DNA of 54,800 bases. Source: an uncultured Lachnospiraceae bacterium (GTDB lineage: Bacteria; Bacillota; Clostridia; Lachnospirales; Lachnospiraceae). Shown here in pieces: positions 1 to 8,106 of the stretch. The notes under the pieces were generated by a model. The model was given only the letters and a program-made list of their open reading frames with translations. It did no database searches and had not been told where the DNA came from. The number at the start of each line of letters is the position of its first letter. Position 1 is the first letter of the stretch. The position numbers and the translations under genes were made by a program. The DNA lies in contig CAMYYF010000001.1 in the NCBI GenBank assembly GCA_947303375.1, positions 1-54,800 on the forward strand. Direction: 5' to 3'.

Positions 1-129
1 TTATTGGCAATTTCATACAATTTGTTCGTTCCTATGTTGAAGTATTCAGATGCTTGAGTTTTTTGAATATGGCATTTCACTGATACGCCAATTATCTGTA
101 ATGGTTAAAATTAAAGGAGGGCAAAAACA

Positions 130-330
130 ATGGCTAATATTTTCGATTACAACGATGGCGATTTTATCTTCTCTACATCCGGTAACCTCGGAATCGATAC
201 AAACGGCGATATGAATATGCGTATGGGCGATCATATGTCTATGGATTTAAACACAGGAGAACTTCATCTCAATTCAGGATGGCGAGATGACAATAACAGA
301 AACAACAGATTTGATGACGATGATGATTAA
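130..330 (+). CDS. small acidic hypothetical protein (66 aa)
   Basis: Strong RBS AAAGGAGG at 113-120 before the ATG. Asp/Gly/Met-rich with internal D-x-x-G repeats (DTNGD, DLNTGE). Confidence 0.7.
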   Translation: MANIFDYNDGDFIFSTSGNLGIDTNGDMNMRMGDHMSMDLNTGELHLNSGWRDDNNRNNRFDDDDD

Positions 331-430
331 ACCGTAAAGTTTTTGAAAAAACATTTTTTATGAGAAGGTAAACCTACCAAAACTAGGTTTGCCTTTTTTA
401 GTGGAAAAATCCCTAAAAATCTCGTCGCCT

Positions 431-726
431 GGGTATGTGTAGTTACAAACATGGGTACTTTGAAAAAAGTGAAACTGGGGTAGGTACATAATACCTGGGT
501 ACATAAGAAAAAATCAGCCTTTGCGGCTGATTTCAAAATGAGAAAATTCATATTTTTTCAAAAAAGCATTAGGACTCTATTTTCTTGTTACCTACGTACC
601 CTTTTTACGTACCCACCACGTACCCAACTTCGGTGAAACTGTAAAAAGATAAATGAAACTATAAAAAACAATTTTTCAGAATCCAGATTTTATGCGGGTT
701 TGCAAAGCCTCTGTTTATGCGGGTTT
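431..726. repeat. cluster of short direct and inverted repeats in non-coding spacer
   Basis: GGGTA(C/T) at 431, 453, 497 faces ACGTACCC x3 at 594, 607, 618. TGAAACTRTAAAAA at 634 and 654. TTTATGCGGGTTT at 689 and 714. Confidence 0.65.
511..533. terminator. hairpin, probable (bidirectional) terminator
   Basis: Perfect 9-bp stem AAATCAGCC-TTTGC-GGCTGATTT between convergent genes. Confidence 0.5.
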
Positions 727-860
727 CGGAGATTTTTCCTAAAAATCGGCACTTTCGCTCGATTCCTAATTTCATATATCTTTTATCTCCTTAAACGTTG
801 ATTTTCACAATTTTTCAAAGTAGTCAAGTGAAACAGGTATTACATTTAGTGTTACACATG

Positions 861-1997
861 CTATTGTTCATCAGGCTTGAATAAATCCAGTCGTTTTACC
901 TTATCCTTGATTTTATTACACTTTAAGCATATTGATTCCCAGTGATGATCAAGATATATATTAAATAACCTGTCAACAGTCAAAAGCCGAACCTGATCAA
1001 TAAGAATGCAGGCAACAAATATGCTGCTAACCTTAATTAAGCAGTGCAGTGCAAAATAGTCTGAGGTAAAATAATTTACATTCGGATAGAGTATTTCCCA
1101 AAGAACCTGCCTCATAAGCGGATTATGGTGTATCAAAAACACACCAATCACGGATTTTGCAATAATGTTTACTCCTTTGGAATAATGAGGTTTCGCTGAT
1201 ATTACCCAGGCAAACGCGGATGTTGCAACTATCACCGATAAAATATTAGTTGCGTCCGAAAAGAATGTCGCATGAGTTATCAGAGTTTTCACCCCAAGAT
1301 ATTTACCAAGCAGATTCAGGCTCAATACACTTGCAATATGCACCAGTGCGCATATTATAAAACAATTCCGCCATTTCATCTTTTTCAGACTGAGGCCGTA
1401 CTTTTTTATATATCCGCCCAAAGCATAAATAATAACAAAATGATCTATACTAAAATCCGTACCTAAATAGTTTTTCCCGTAAAAAGTATATGCAACACTC
1501 CAAATAAGGATGCTTATCATTAAAAGTCTTTGATATCTTTCTTTGCTCAGACTCTCTAAAAACGGATTGATAAACGGAAGGAAACAACATAGTATTACAT
1601 AGCAGCAAACATACCAGTTATACCCAAACCAAATCGGGAACAGTGCTTTCCCCATTTCTTTAAATGAAAATGGTAATACCCCCGTTGTGTACAGAACTAT
1701 CATTATAATCCAGCTATAGAAAAACATCTCGGCGATCAGGACTACCACTCTCTTAAAATTCACCTTTTTCCCTATCAGAAAATATCCTGATATCAATAGG
1801 AAAATATTATTTGCCGTAGATCCTCCGATGGTAATTACCTGAAGGAATAATCTCTGCCATGTCCATACCTCAGTATTTATATCGCCATAATTCACCTGTG
1901 TACTGTAATGTCGAAGAATTATCAGAAATATACATACTATTCGCAGAAGCTCAATATTTGAATTTCTTATGTTCGCTTCTTTAGCAGTTTGTTTCAT
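861..1997 (-). CDS. acyltransferase family 3 (OafA-like) membrane protein
   Basis: N-terminal RNSNIELLRI motif, FLLISGYF and WYVCCY motifs, about 10 hydrophobic segments. Start moved to ATG 1997 (RBS GAGGTG). Confidence 0.85.
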   Translation of the reverse strand: MKQTAKEANIRNSNIELLRIVCIFLIILRHYSTQVNYGDINTEVWTWQRLFLQVITIGGSTANNIFLLISGYFLIGKKVNFKRVVVLIAEMFFYSWIIMIVLYTTGVLPFSFKEMGKALFPIWFGYNWYVCCYVILCCFLPFINPFLESLSKERYQRLLMISILIWSVAYTFYGKNYLGTDFSIDHFVIIYALGGYIKKYGLSLKKMKWRNCFIICALVHIASVLSLNLLGKYLGVKTLITHATFFSDATNILSVIVATSAFAWVISAKPHYSKGVNIIAKSVIGVFLIHHNPLMRQVLWEILYPNVNYFTSDYFALHCLIKVSSIFVACILIDQVRLLTVDRLFNIYLDHHWESICLKCNKIKDKVKRLDLFKPDEQ

Positions 1998-2084
1998 GGA
2001 TATCACCTCAAAAAAGTGTGCTTTCTTGTGTTTGACATGCGAGAAGTATTTTATCACACAGATGCCTTTTCTTCAAACAAATTG

Positions 2085-2549
2085 TTATTTGTCTTTTTTA
2101 TCACCCGAAGAAAGGAACTCTTCCTTGGTAATTTCCTTTGTATTATCGTACCCTTTGCCGTTAATGTTGTTGATTTCATAATCCACATCATAATAATGCA
2201 TTTCACCCGGCTCCTTTTTATTATGACGTAATACAACAATCAGTAAGAAGCCACCGATTAATACAAAGAAAAGAATACCTGCAATTATAAAAGAAACAAT
2301 CTTCGCCAAGAGCGGAACCGGCAAGAAAAAGATTACAAAAGCCGTAGCTATAACTATCACGGATACAACCATAATTACAATCATGGCAATCTTTTCTCCG
2401 GTAGTTACCTCCCACGATCCGTGGCCTTCAGCAACTTTACCCTGATACTTTTCGTATACGTTTCCGGCAGAAACACCTTTACCGTCTTTTTCTAAAGAAG
2501 TGTAACCTCCTGCACTCCATTTTCTTTTATCACCCATATCAGCCCTCAT
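2085..2549 (-). CDS. hypothetical membrane protein with two TM helices
   Basis: Two long hydrophobic stretches with charged ends. Start uncertain (ATG 2549 or TTG 2561). Confidence 0.65.
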   Translation of the reverse strand: MRADMGDKRKWSAGGYTSLEKDGKGVSAGNVYEKYQGKVAEGHGSWEVTTGEKIAMIVIMVVSVIVIATAFVIFFLPVPLLAKIVSFIIAGILFFVLIGGFLLIVVLRHNKKEPGEMHYYDVDYEINNINGKGYDNTKEITKEEFLSSGDKKDK

Positions 2550-2649
2550 AAATCTGTTCAAATAATTAACTGCTCAACCTAAATAATCATCGATATTTAT
2601 TTTATCATTTTTTTGTTTCAACTTAAATTTTTTTAAAAATTTTTTAAAT

Positions 2650-2703
2650 GGAACGCTTAAGGAACGCAAATGCCATTCTTTAGGAACTTGACACGTTTAA
2701 AAT
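2650..2703 (+). promoter_or_regulatory. fab operon promoter with heptameric direct repeats (SARP/OmpR-type geometry)
   Basis: GGAACGC 2650-2656, GGAACGC 2661-2667, GGAACTT 2683-2689 (gaps 4 and 15 nt), then 8 nt to TAAAAT 2698-2703. Confidence 0.6.
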
Positions 2704-2762
2704 GTGTGTTATCGGTCGACAAACTGGTCTTCCGTAAATACATCTTGGAGGCTACTAGAATT

Positions 2763-3002
2763 ATGTACTTTGACGCAATCGCAAAAATCATTTCCGAACG
2801 TACCGGATGTGATGTATCAACTATCAAACCCGAAAGCAAAATCTTCGAACTTGGAATCGACTCTCTCGATACCGTAGAACTTCTGATGAATCTTGAAGAC
2901 GAAATCGGAATCGAAATCGATCTTGATGAGAAAGTCGACACCATTGACGATCTCGATAAATTTATTCAGAAAAAAACTGCAGCTGCAGGAGCACAGTCAT
3001 GA
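2763..3002 (+). CDS. acpP: acyl carrier protein
   Basis: LGIDSLDTVEL phosphopantetheine motif, 79 aa, acidic. RBS GGAGG at 2747. Confidence 0.93.
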   Translation: MYFDAIAKIISERTGCDVSTIKPESKIFELGIDSLDTVELLMNLEDEIGIEIDLDEKVDTIDDLDKFIQKKTAAAGAQS

Positions 3003-3943
3003 TTAAATCTGCAGTATGCGACCTGTTGGGTATTAAGTACCCTGTTTTCCAGGGCGGAATGGCTTGGATATCCGACGGAAAACTAGCCGCTGCCGTATCC
3101 GAAGGCGGCGGACTTGGTATCATAGCCGCAGGAAATGCACCCGGTGAATATGTAAGAGAACAGATTAAAATCGCAAAAGGTCTTACAGACAAACCCATAG
3201 GTGTAAACATTATGCTTTTAAGTCCTTTCGCCGACGAAGTGGCTAAAGTCGTTATAGAAGAAAAAGTCGACGTAGTCACAACGGGCGCAGGCAATCCTTC
3301 AAAATATATTAAGGAATGGCTCGACGCAGGAATCAAAGTAATCCCCGTTGTCGCATCCGTAGCATTAGCAAAGCTTATGACCAGGCTCGGAGCCTCGGCA
3401 CTTATAGCTGAGGGCGGTGAAAGCGGCGGACATATCGGAGAACTTACCACAATGGTGCTCGTTCCTCAGATCTGCGATGCCACTGCCCTTCCCGTTATCG
3501 CTGCAGGCGGTATAGGAAACGGTCGCGGTGTTGCCGCAGCATTCATACTCGGTGCATCCGCAGTTCAGATGGGTACCAGATTTTTAAGTGCTTACGAATG
3601 CAGCGTCCATCCTTCGTATAAAGAAAAAATATTACACGCCAATGATCTTTGCACTATGGTAACAGGCAAAAGACTCGGACATCCGGTAAGAAGTTTGAGA
3701 ACTCCTTTCGCCAGAGATTATTTCAAAGCCGAGTATTCTGATATCTCCGATGAAGAACTTGAAAAAATAGGTGTCGGGGCATTAAGATCAGCCGTTATCG
3801 ACGGAGACAACGAAAAAGGGTGTTTTCTAGCAGGTCAGATTGCAGCAGTTGTAAATAAAGAACAAAGTGCGGCTGACATCATAAAAGAAGTAATCGAAGA
3901 AGCCGAACCCATACTTAAAAAAGCCGTAGAACTGGTGGTATAA
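2999..3943 (+). CDS. fabK: enoyl-ACP reductase II (FMN, nitronate monooxygenase fold)
   Basis: QGGMAW, EGGESGGHIG, AAGGI and GTRF motifs, in fab context. Confidence 0.92.
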   Translation: MIKSAVCDLLGIKYPVFQGGMAWISDGKLAAAVSEGGGLGIIAAGNAPGEYVREQIKIAKGLTDKPIGVNIMLLSPFADEVAKVVIEEKVDVVTTGAGNPSKYIKEWLDAGIKVIPVVASVALAKLMTRLGASALIAEGGESGGHIGELTTMVLVPQICDATALPVIAAGGIGNGRGVAAAFILGASAVQMGTRFLSAYECSVHPSYKEKILHANDLCTMVTGKRLGHPVRSLRTPFARDYFKAEYSDISDEELEKIGVGALRSAVIDGDNEKGCFLAGQIAAVVNKEQSAADIIKEVIEEAEPILKKAVELVV

Positions 3944-3945
3944 AC

Positions 3946-4686
3946 ATGAACGAAAAAACTTTAACAGGTAAGACCGCCATAGTTACCGGCGGTTCAAGAG
4001 GCATCGGAAAAGCAGTATCTTTTAAACTCGCTTCATACGGTGCAAATATAGCGGTCATCTACGCAGGAAACGAAGAAGCCGCAAACGAAGTTGTTAAAAA
4101 GATAATAAACGAATACAAAGTCGAAGCAAAAGCATATTGTCTGGATGTGTCTGATTTTAATGCCTGCAAGGAAACCGTCACACAGATTAAAAACGATTTC
4201 GGGACAATTCATATCCTTGTAAACAACGCAGGTATCACAAGAGACGGTCTTCTTGCAATGATGAAGGAAAACGATTACGACGCAGTCCTTGATACAAATC
4301 TTAAGGGCGCTTTCAATATGATAAGACACGTGTCTGGAACATTTATTAAAAACCGCGAAGGATGCATTATAAACATCTCTTCCGTTGCCGGTATCCTAGG
4401 CAATCCCGGTCAGTGCAACTACTCTGCTTCCAAAGCAGGTCTTATCGGACTTACCAAATCGGTTGCAAGGGAACTTGCGCCCAAAGGCATCAGATGCAAC
4501 GCTATTGCTCCCGGATTTATTGCTACAGCCATGACTGAGAATCAGATTGAAAATCCTCTGCTTGAGAGAATACCCCTTGGCAGAATGGGCAATACCGATG
4601 ATGTCGCCGAAGCTGTCGAATATCTTGTATTCGCATCATATGTAACAGGCGAAGTCCTTAAGGTCGACGGCGGAATCGCCATGTAA
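3946..4686 (+). CDS. fabG: 3-oxoacyl-ACP reductase
   Basis: TGGSRGIG, NNAGITRD and YSASK SDR motifs. Confidence 0.93.
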   Translation: MNEKTLTGKTAIVTGGSRGIGKAVSFKLASYGANIAVIYAGNEEAANEVVKKIINEYKVEAKAYCLDVSDFNACKETVTQIKNDFGTIHILVNNAGITRDGLLAMMKENDYDAVLDTNLKGAFNMIRHVSGTFIKNREGCIINISSVAGILGNPGQCNYSASKAGLIGLTKSVARELAPKGIRCNAIAPGFIATAMTENQIENPLLERIPLGRMGNTDDVAEAVEYLVFASYVTGEVLKVDGGIAM

Positions 4687-4708
4687 TTTTAGGAAAAGAG
4701 TAAAAGAA

Positions 4709-5950
4709 ATGAATAAAGAATATAAAAGAGTTGTAATAACGGGAATGGGTGCAATCACTCCCGTAGGAGGTAATGTAAAAGAAACCTGGGAATCATTAAA
4801 AAACGGCAAAAACGGTATCGCACCCGTAACCTTTTTTAACACGGATAATTTAAAGGCATCACTTGCTGCCGAAGTAAAGGATTTTGACCCTTCAAAATTC
4901 CTTGATGTAAACGAAGTACTTCGAACAGACAGATATACACAGCTCGCCATGGGCGCAGCCGAAGAAGCACTAAATGACAGCGACATAAAAGGAAATGTGG
5001 ACCCCGACAGAATAAGCGTTATTTTAGGAACAGGTATCGGCGGTATTTCCACATTTGAAACAGAACATACGAAATTTTTGGAAAAAGGACCGAGACGTGT
5101 ATCTCCACTCTTCGTTCCCATGATGATTTCAAATATGGCCGCAGGAATGATTGCCATAAAATATGACTGCCGCGGTTCGGTTATGCCTGCCGTTACAGCA
5201 TGCGCTTCAGGGTCAAACGCAATAGGCGAAGCAATGAGACTCATTCGCCACGGATATTCCGATGCGGTTATTACAGGCGGTACTGAAGCCGCTATATGCG
5301 CATCTGCCATAGCAGGATTTTCAAATATGCAGGCCCTCTCCACTTCAAGTGATCCGAATGCTGCTTCTCTACCCTTTGATAAAAGAAGAGGCGGTTTCGT
5401 AATGGGCGAAGGTTCTGTAGTACTTGTACTCGAAGAATATGAGCACGCTAAGCAAAGAGGCGCAAATATCTATGGTGAAATTTGCGGATATGGTTCAACC
5501 TGCGATGCATATCACATCACCGCTCCTCACCCCGAAGCAAGAGGCGGTGCAAAAGCAATGCAGAACGCATTAAGCGAAGCTGATTATAAAGAAGAGGATA
5601 AAATATATATCAACGCTCACGGAACAGGAACTCCGATGAATGATGTACTTGAGACACAGGCAATAAAGCTTGCCCTCGGTGAAGAAAAAGCCAGAGAATC
5701 ATTCGTAAGTTCCACTAAATCAATGACCGGACATATGCTCGGTGCGGCAGGCGCTATTGAAGCGTTGGCCTGCATTATGGCTTTAAAAGAAAATATATTA
5801 CCACCAACGATCAACTTAAGTGAACCCGATGAAAAGTGCGATTTAAACTATATTCCTAACAAATCCCTTAATTCCGACATAACCCTTGCACTTTCTAACT
5901 CACTTGGATTCGGGGGTCATAATGCATGTCTCGCATTCAGAAAGGCCTGA
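4709..5950 (+). CDS. fabF: beta-ketoacyl-ACP synthase II
   Basis: TACAS catalytic Cys, HGTGT, KSMTGH, SNSLGFGGHN. Confidence 0.95.
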   Translation: MNKEYKRVVITGMGAITPVGGNVKETWESLKNGKNGIAPVTFFNTDNLKASLAAEVKDFDPSKFLDVNEVLRTDRYTQLAMGAAEEALNDSDIKGNVDPDRISVILGTGIGGISTFETEHTKFLEKGPRRVSPLFVPMMISNMAAGMIAIKYDCRGSVMPAVTACASGSNAIGEAMRLIRHGYSDAVITGGTEAAICASAIAGFSNMQALSTSSDPNAASLPFDKRRGGFVMGEGSVVLVLEEYEHAKQRGANIYGEICGYGSTCDAYHITAPHPEARGGAKAMQNALSEADYKEEDKIYINAHGTGTPMNDVLETQAIKLALGEEKARESFVSSTKSMTGHMLGAAGAIEALACIMALKENILPPTINLSEPDEKCDLNYIPNKSLNSDITLALSNSLGFGGHNACLAFRKA

Positions 5951-5952
5951 AT

Positions 5953-6369
5953 ATGAACAAACTTGAAATAATGCAAATACTGCCACACCGAGACAATATG
6001 CTCCTTATCGAAGATTCGGAAAATATTAACGGCACCGCCATCGGACACTATCACGTGCGCGGAGACGAATTTTTTCTAAAGGGACATTTCCCGGGAAACC
6101 CTATTGTTCCCGGAGTCATCCTTTGTGAAATGATGGCGCAGAATGCCTGCGTTCTGATGCAGGGAAAAATACCCGAAAACTGCATTCCCGTTTATACCGG
6201 ACTTAACAATGTGAAATTCCGCTCTCCCGTAAGACCGGGTGATACTGTTGAACTTAACTGCGAGATTACACGTTCAAAGCACCCGTTTTATTTTGGAAAA
6301 GGCAGTGCCTCGGTCAACAATAAACTTTGCATGTCAGCCGAATTTTCATTCGCCGTTACAGGAGCATAA
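5953..6369 (+). CDS. fabZ: 3-hydroxyacyl-ACP dehydratase
   Basis: LPHR and GHFPGNPIVPGVILCE motifs. Start moved to ATG 5953. Confidence 0.9.
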   Translation: MNKLEIMQILPHRDNMLLIEDSENINGTAIGHYHVRGDEFFLKGHFPGNPIVPGVILCEMMAQNACVLMQGKIPENCIPVYTGLNNVKFRSPVRPGDTVELNCEITRSKHPFYFGKGSASVNNKLCMSAEFSFAVTGA

Positions 6370-6374
6370 CAAAA

Positions 6375-8003
6375 ATGAGTATCAGTCAACTTTACTGTCG
6401 CGAGATTACTGACGCAAACGGTACTTTAACCGATTTTTTACTAGATTATCCTTTCGATTTTAATTTTGGCTATGATGTTGTGGACCTTCAGGCAAAAACA
6501 GAGCCCGACAAAAGAGCTCTTGTTTGGTGCAATGTTGAAGGCGAGGAACACATATTTACCTTTTCGGATATAAAAAAATATTCAAACAAAATGGCAAATG
6601 TATTTTTGTCTAACGGTATCAAAAAAGGTTCACGCGTAATGCTTGTTTTAAAAAGACATTACGAGTACTGGTTTGCGATTATCGCACTTCATAAAATAGG
6701 CGCACTTGCAATACCCGCATCACATATGCTTACGGTAAGTGATTTTTCATACCGTATCAATACAGCATGCGTGGATGCAATAATTTGCACACCTCAGAAT
6801 GAAGTACCCGAAAAGATAAAAGAAGCAGCATCAAAAAACGAATCGAATATTAAACTCTTCTGCGTCAAAGAAGACATAGAAGGTTTTATAAATTTATCAA
6901 AGCAGACGGAAAAAGCAGGCGATGTATTAAAACGAATTCCTACTCTCGCAAGCGATCCTATGCTGATGTATTTCACTTCCGGAACTACCGGCTATCCAAA
7001 GGGCGTCATACACAATTACACCTACCCTTTGGCTCATATAATAACTGCCAGATACTGGCAGCAAACCGAGAATAACGGTTTACATTTTACTGTTGCAGAG
7101 ACAGGATGGGCGAAAGCCTCCTGGGGCAAATTGTATGGACAATGGCTCACAGGCTGCGCCGTAATGGTTTATGATTTCGACAATTTTGAACCCAGACAGC
7201 TTAGTAATGTCATAAACAAATACGGTGTTACATCCTTTTGCGCTCCACCCACAGTTTACCGTTATCTCGTTCGTAAAGGGATTCCAAAGATGCCTTCATT
7301 AAAGCATGCAACTACGGCCGGAGAAATGCTTTCTCCCGAAGTATTCCGTAAATTCTTCGAAGCGACGGGTCTTACCCTCGCCGAAGGTTACGGCCAGACC
7401 GAAACTACTTTACTAATCGCAAACTTTAAGGGAGTCAAAGCAACTGAGGGCTCTATTGGAATCCCCTCTCCTTTGTACAATATCGAACTTCGTACAAAAG
7501 ACGGTAAAAACCCGCTTCCCGGAGAGATAGGCGAAGTTGTAATCGTACCCAAAAAGAATTCACCGCGTATAGGAATATTTTCCGCGTATCTTGATAACGA
7601 AAAACAATATGAATATGTCTTCAGAGACGGTGTATACCATACAGGCGACGCAGCCTATGTAAACGAGGACGGCGCTTTCTATTTTCACGGCCGTTTCGAC
7701 GACATCATTAAAACAGGCGGCTTCAGAGTAGGACCTTACGAAGTTGAAAACGTACTGATGGAACATCCTGCAGTTGCTGAATGCAGTGTAATAGGTGTTC
7801 CCGATTCTTTACGAGGCCAGGCAATAAAAGCCGTTGTTGTACTTGACCGCGGATACACTCCTTCCGGAAAACTCGAAAAAGATATCAAAGAATTCTGCAA
7901 TAAAAAACTTGCCGAATACAAATGGATCCGTCTCGTGGAATTCGTAAAAGAAATGCCGAAAACCATCAGCGGAAAAATCGTAAAACCGGCTCTCAGAGGA
8001 TAA
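6375..8003 (+). CDS. short/medium-chain acyl-CoA synthetase (AMP-binding, MACS-like)
   Basis: YFTSGTTGYPK, EGYGQTET, TGD, GRFDD and MPKTISGKI motifs. Start ATG 6375. Confidence 0.9.
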   Translation: MSISQLYCREITDANGTLTDFLLDYPFDFNFGYDVVDLQAKTEPDKRALVWCNVEGEEHIFTFSDIKKYSNKMANVFLSNGIKKGSRVMLVLKRHYEYWFAIIALHKIGALAIPASHMLTVSDFSYRINTACVDAIICTPQNEVPEKIKEAASKNESNIKLFCVKEDIEGFINLSKQTEKAGDVLKRIPTLASDPMLMYFTSGTTGYPKGVIHNYTYPLAHIITARYWQQTENNGLHFTVAETGWAKASWGKLYGQWLTGCAVMVYDFDNFEPRQLSNVINKYGVTSFCAPPTVYRYLVRKGIPKMPSLKHATTAGEMLSPEVFRKFFEATGLTLAEGYGQTETTLLIANFKGVKATEGSIGIPSPLYNIELRTKDGKNPLPGEIGEVVIVPKKNSPRIGIFSAYLDNEKQYEYVFRDGVYHTGDAAYVNEDGAFYFHGRFDDIIKTGGFRVGPYEVENVLMEHPAVAECSVIGVPDSLRGQAIKAVVVLDRGYTPSGKLEKDIKEFCNKKLAEYKWIRLVEFVKEMPKTISGKIVKPALRG

Positions 8004-8033
8004 AAATTTTCCTTATGAAAATGACTGTGAAAG

Positions 8034-8062
8034 TTGAAAAGAATATTTATCTCTGATAAAAT
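8034..8062 (+). promoter_or_regulatory. sigma-A type promoter of the PAS regulator
   Basis: TTGAAA-17 nt-TAAAAT with extended TG. Confidence 0.55.
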
Positions 8063-8106
8063 TTTTATGTACGTTTACTTCTAAGTCTTTGCTAAAAGGA
8101 AAACAA

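Noticed and set aside
431..726. CRISPR array
   Set aside because: Repeats are 6-14 bp, irregular and lack unique 30-40 bp spacers. No cas genes.
2688..2716. TTGACA at 2688 as the -35 of the fab promoter
   Set aside because: No -10-like hexamer 16-18 nt downstream. TAAAAT lies only 4 nt away.
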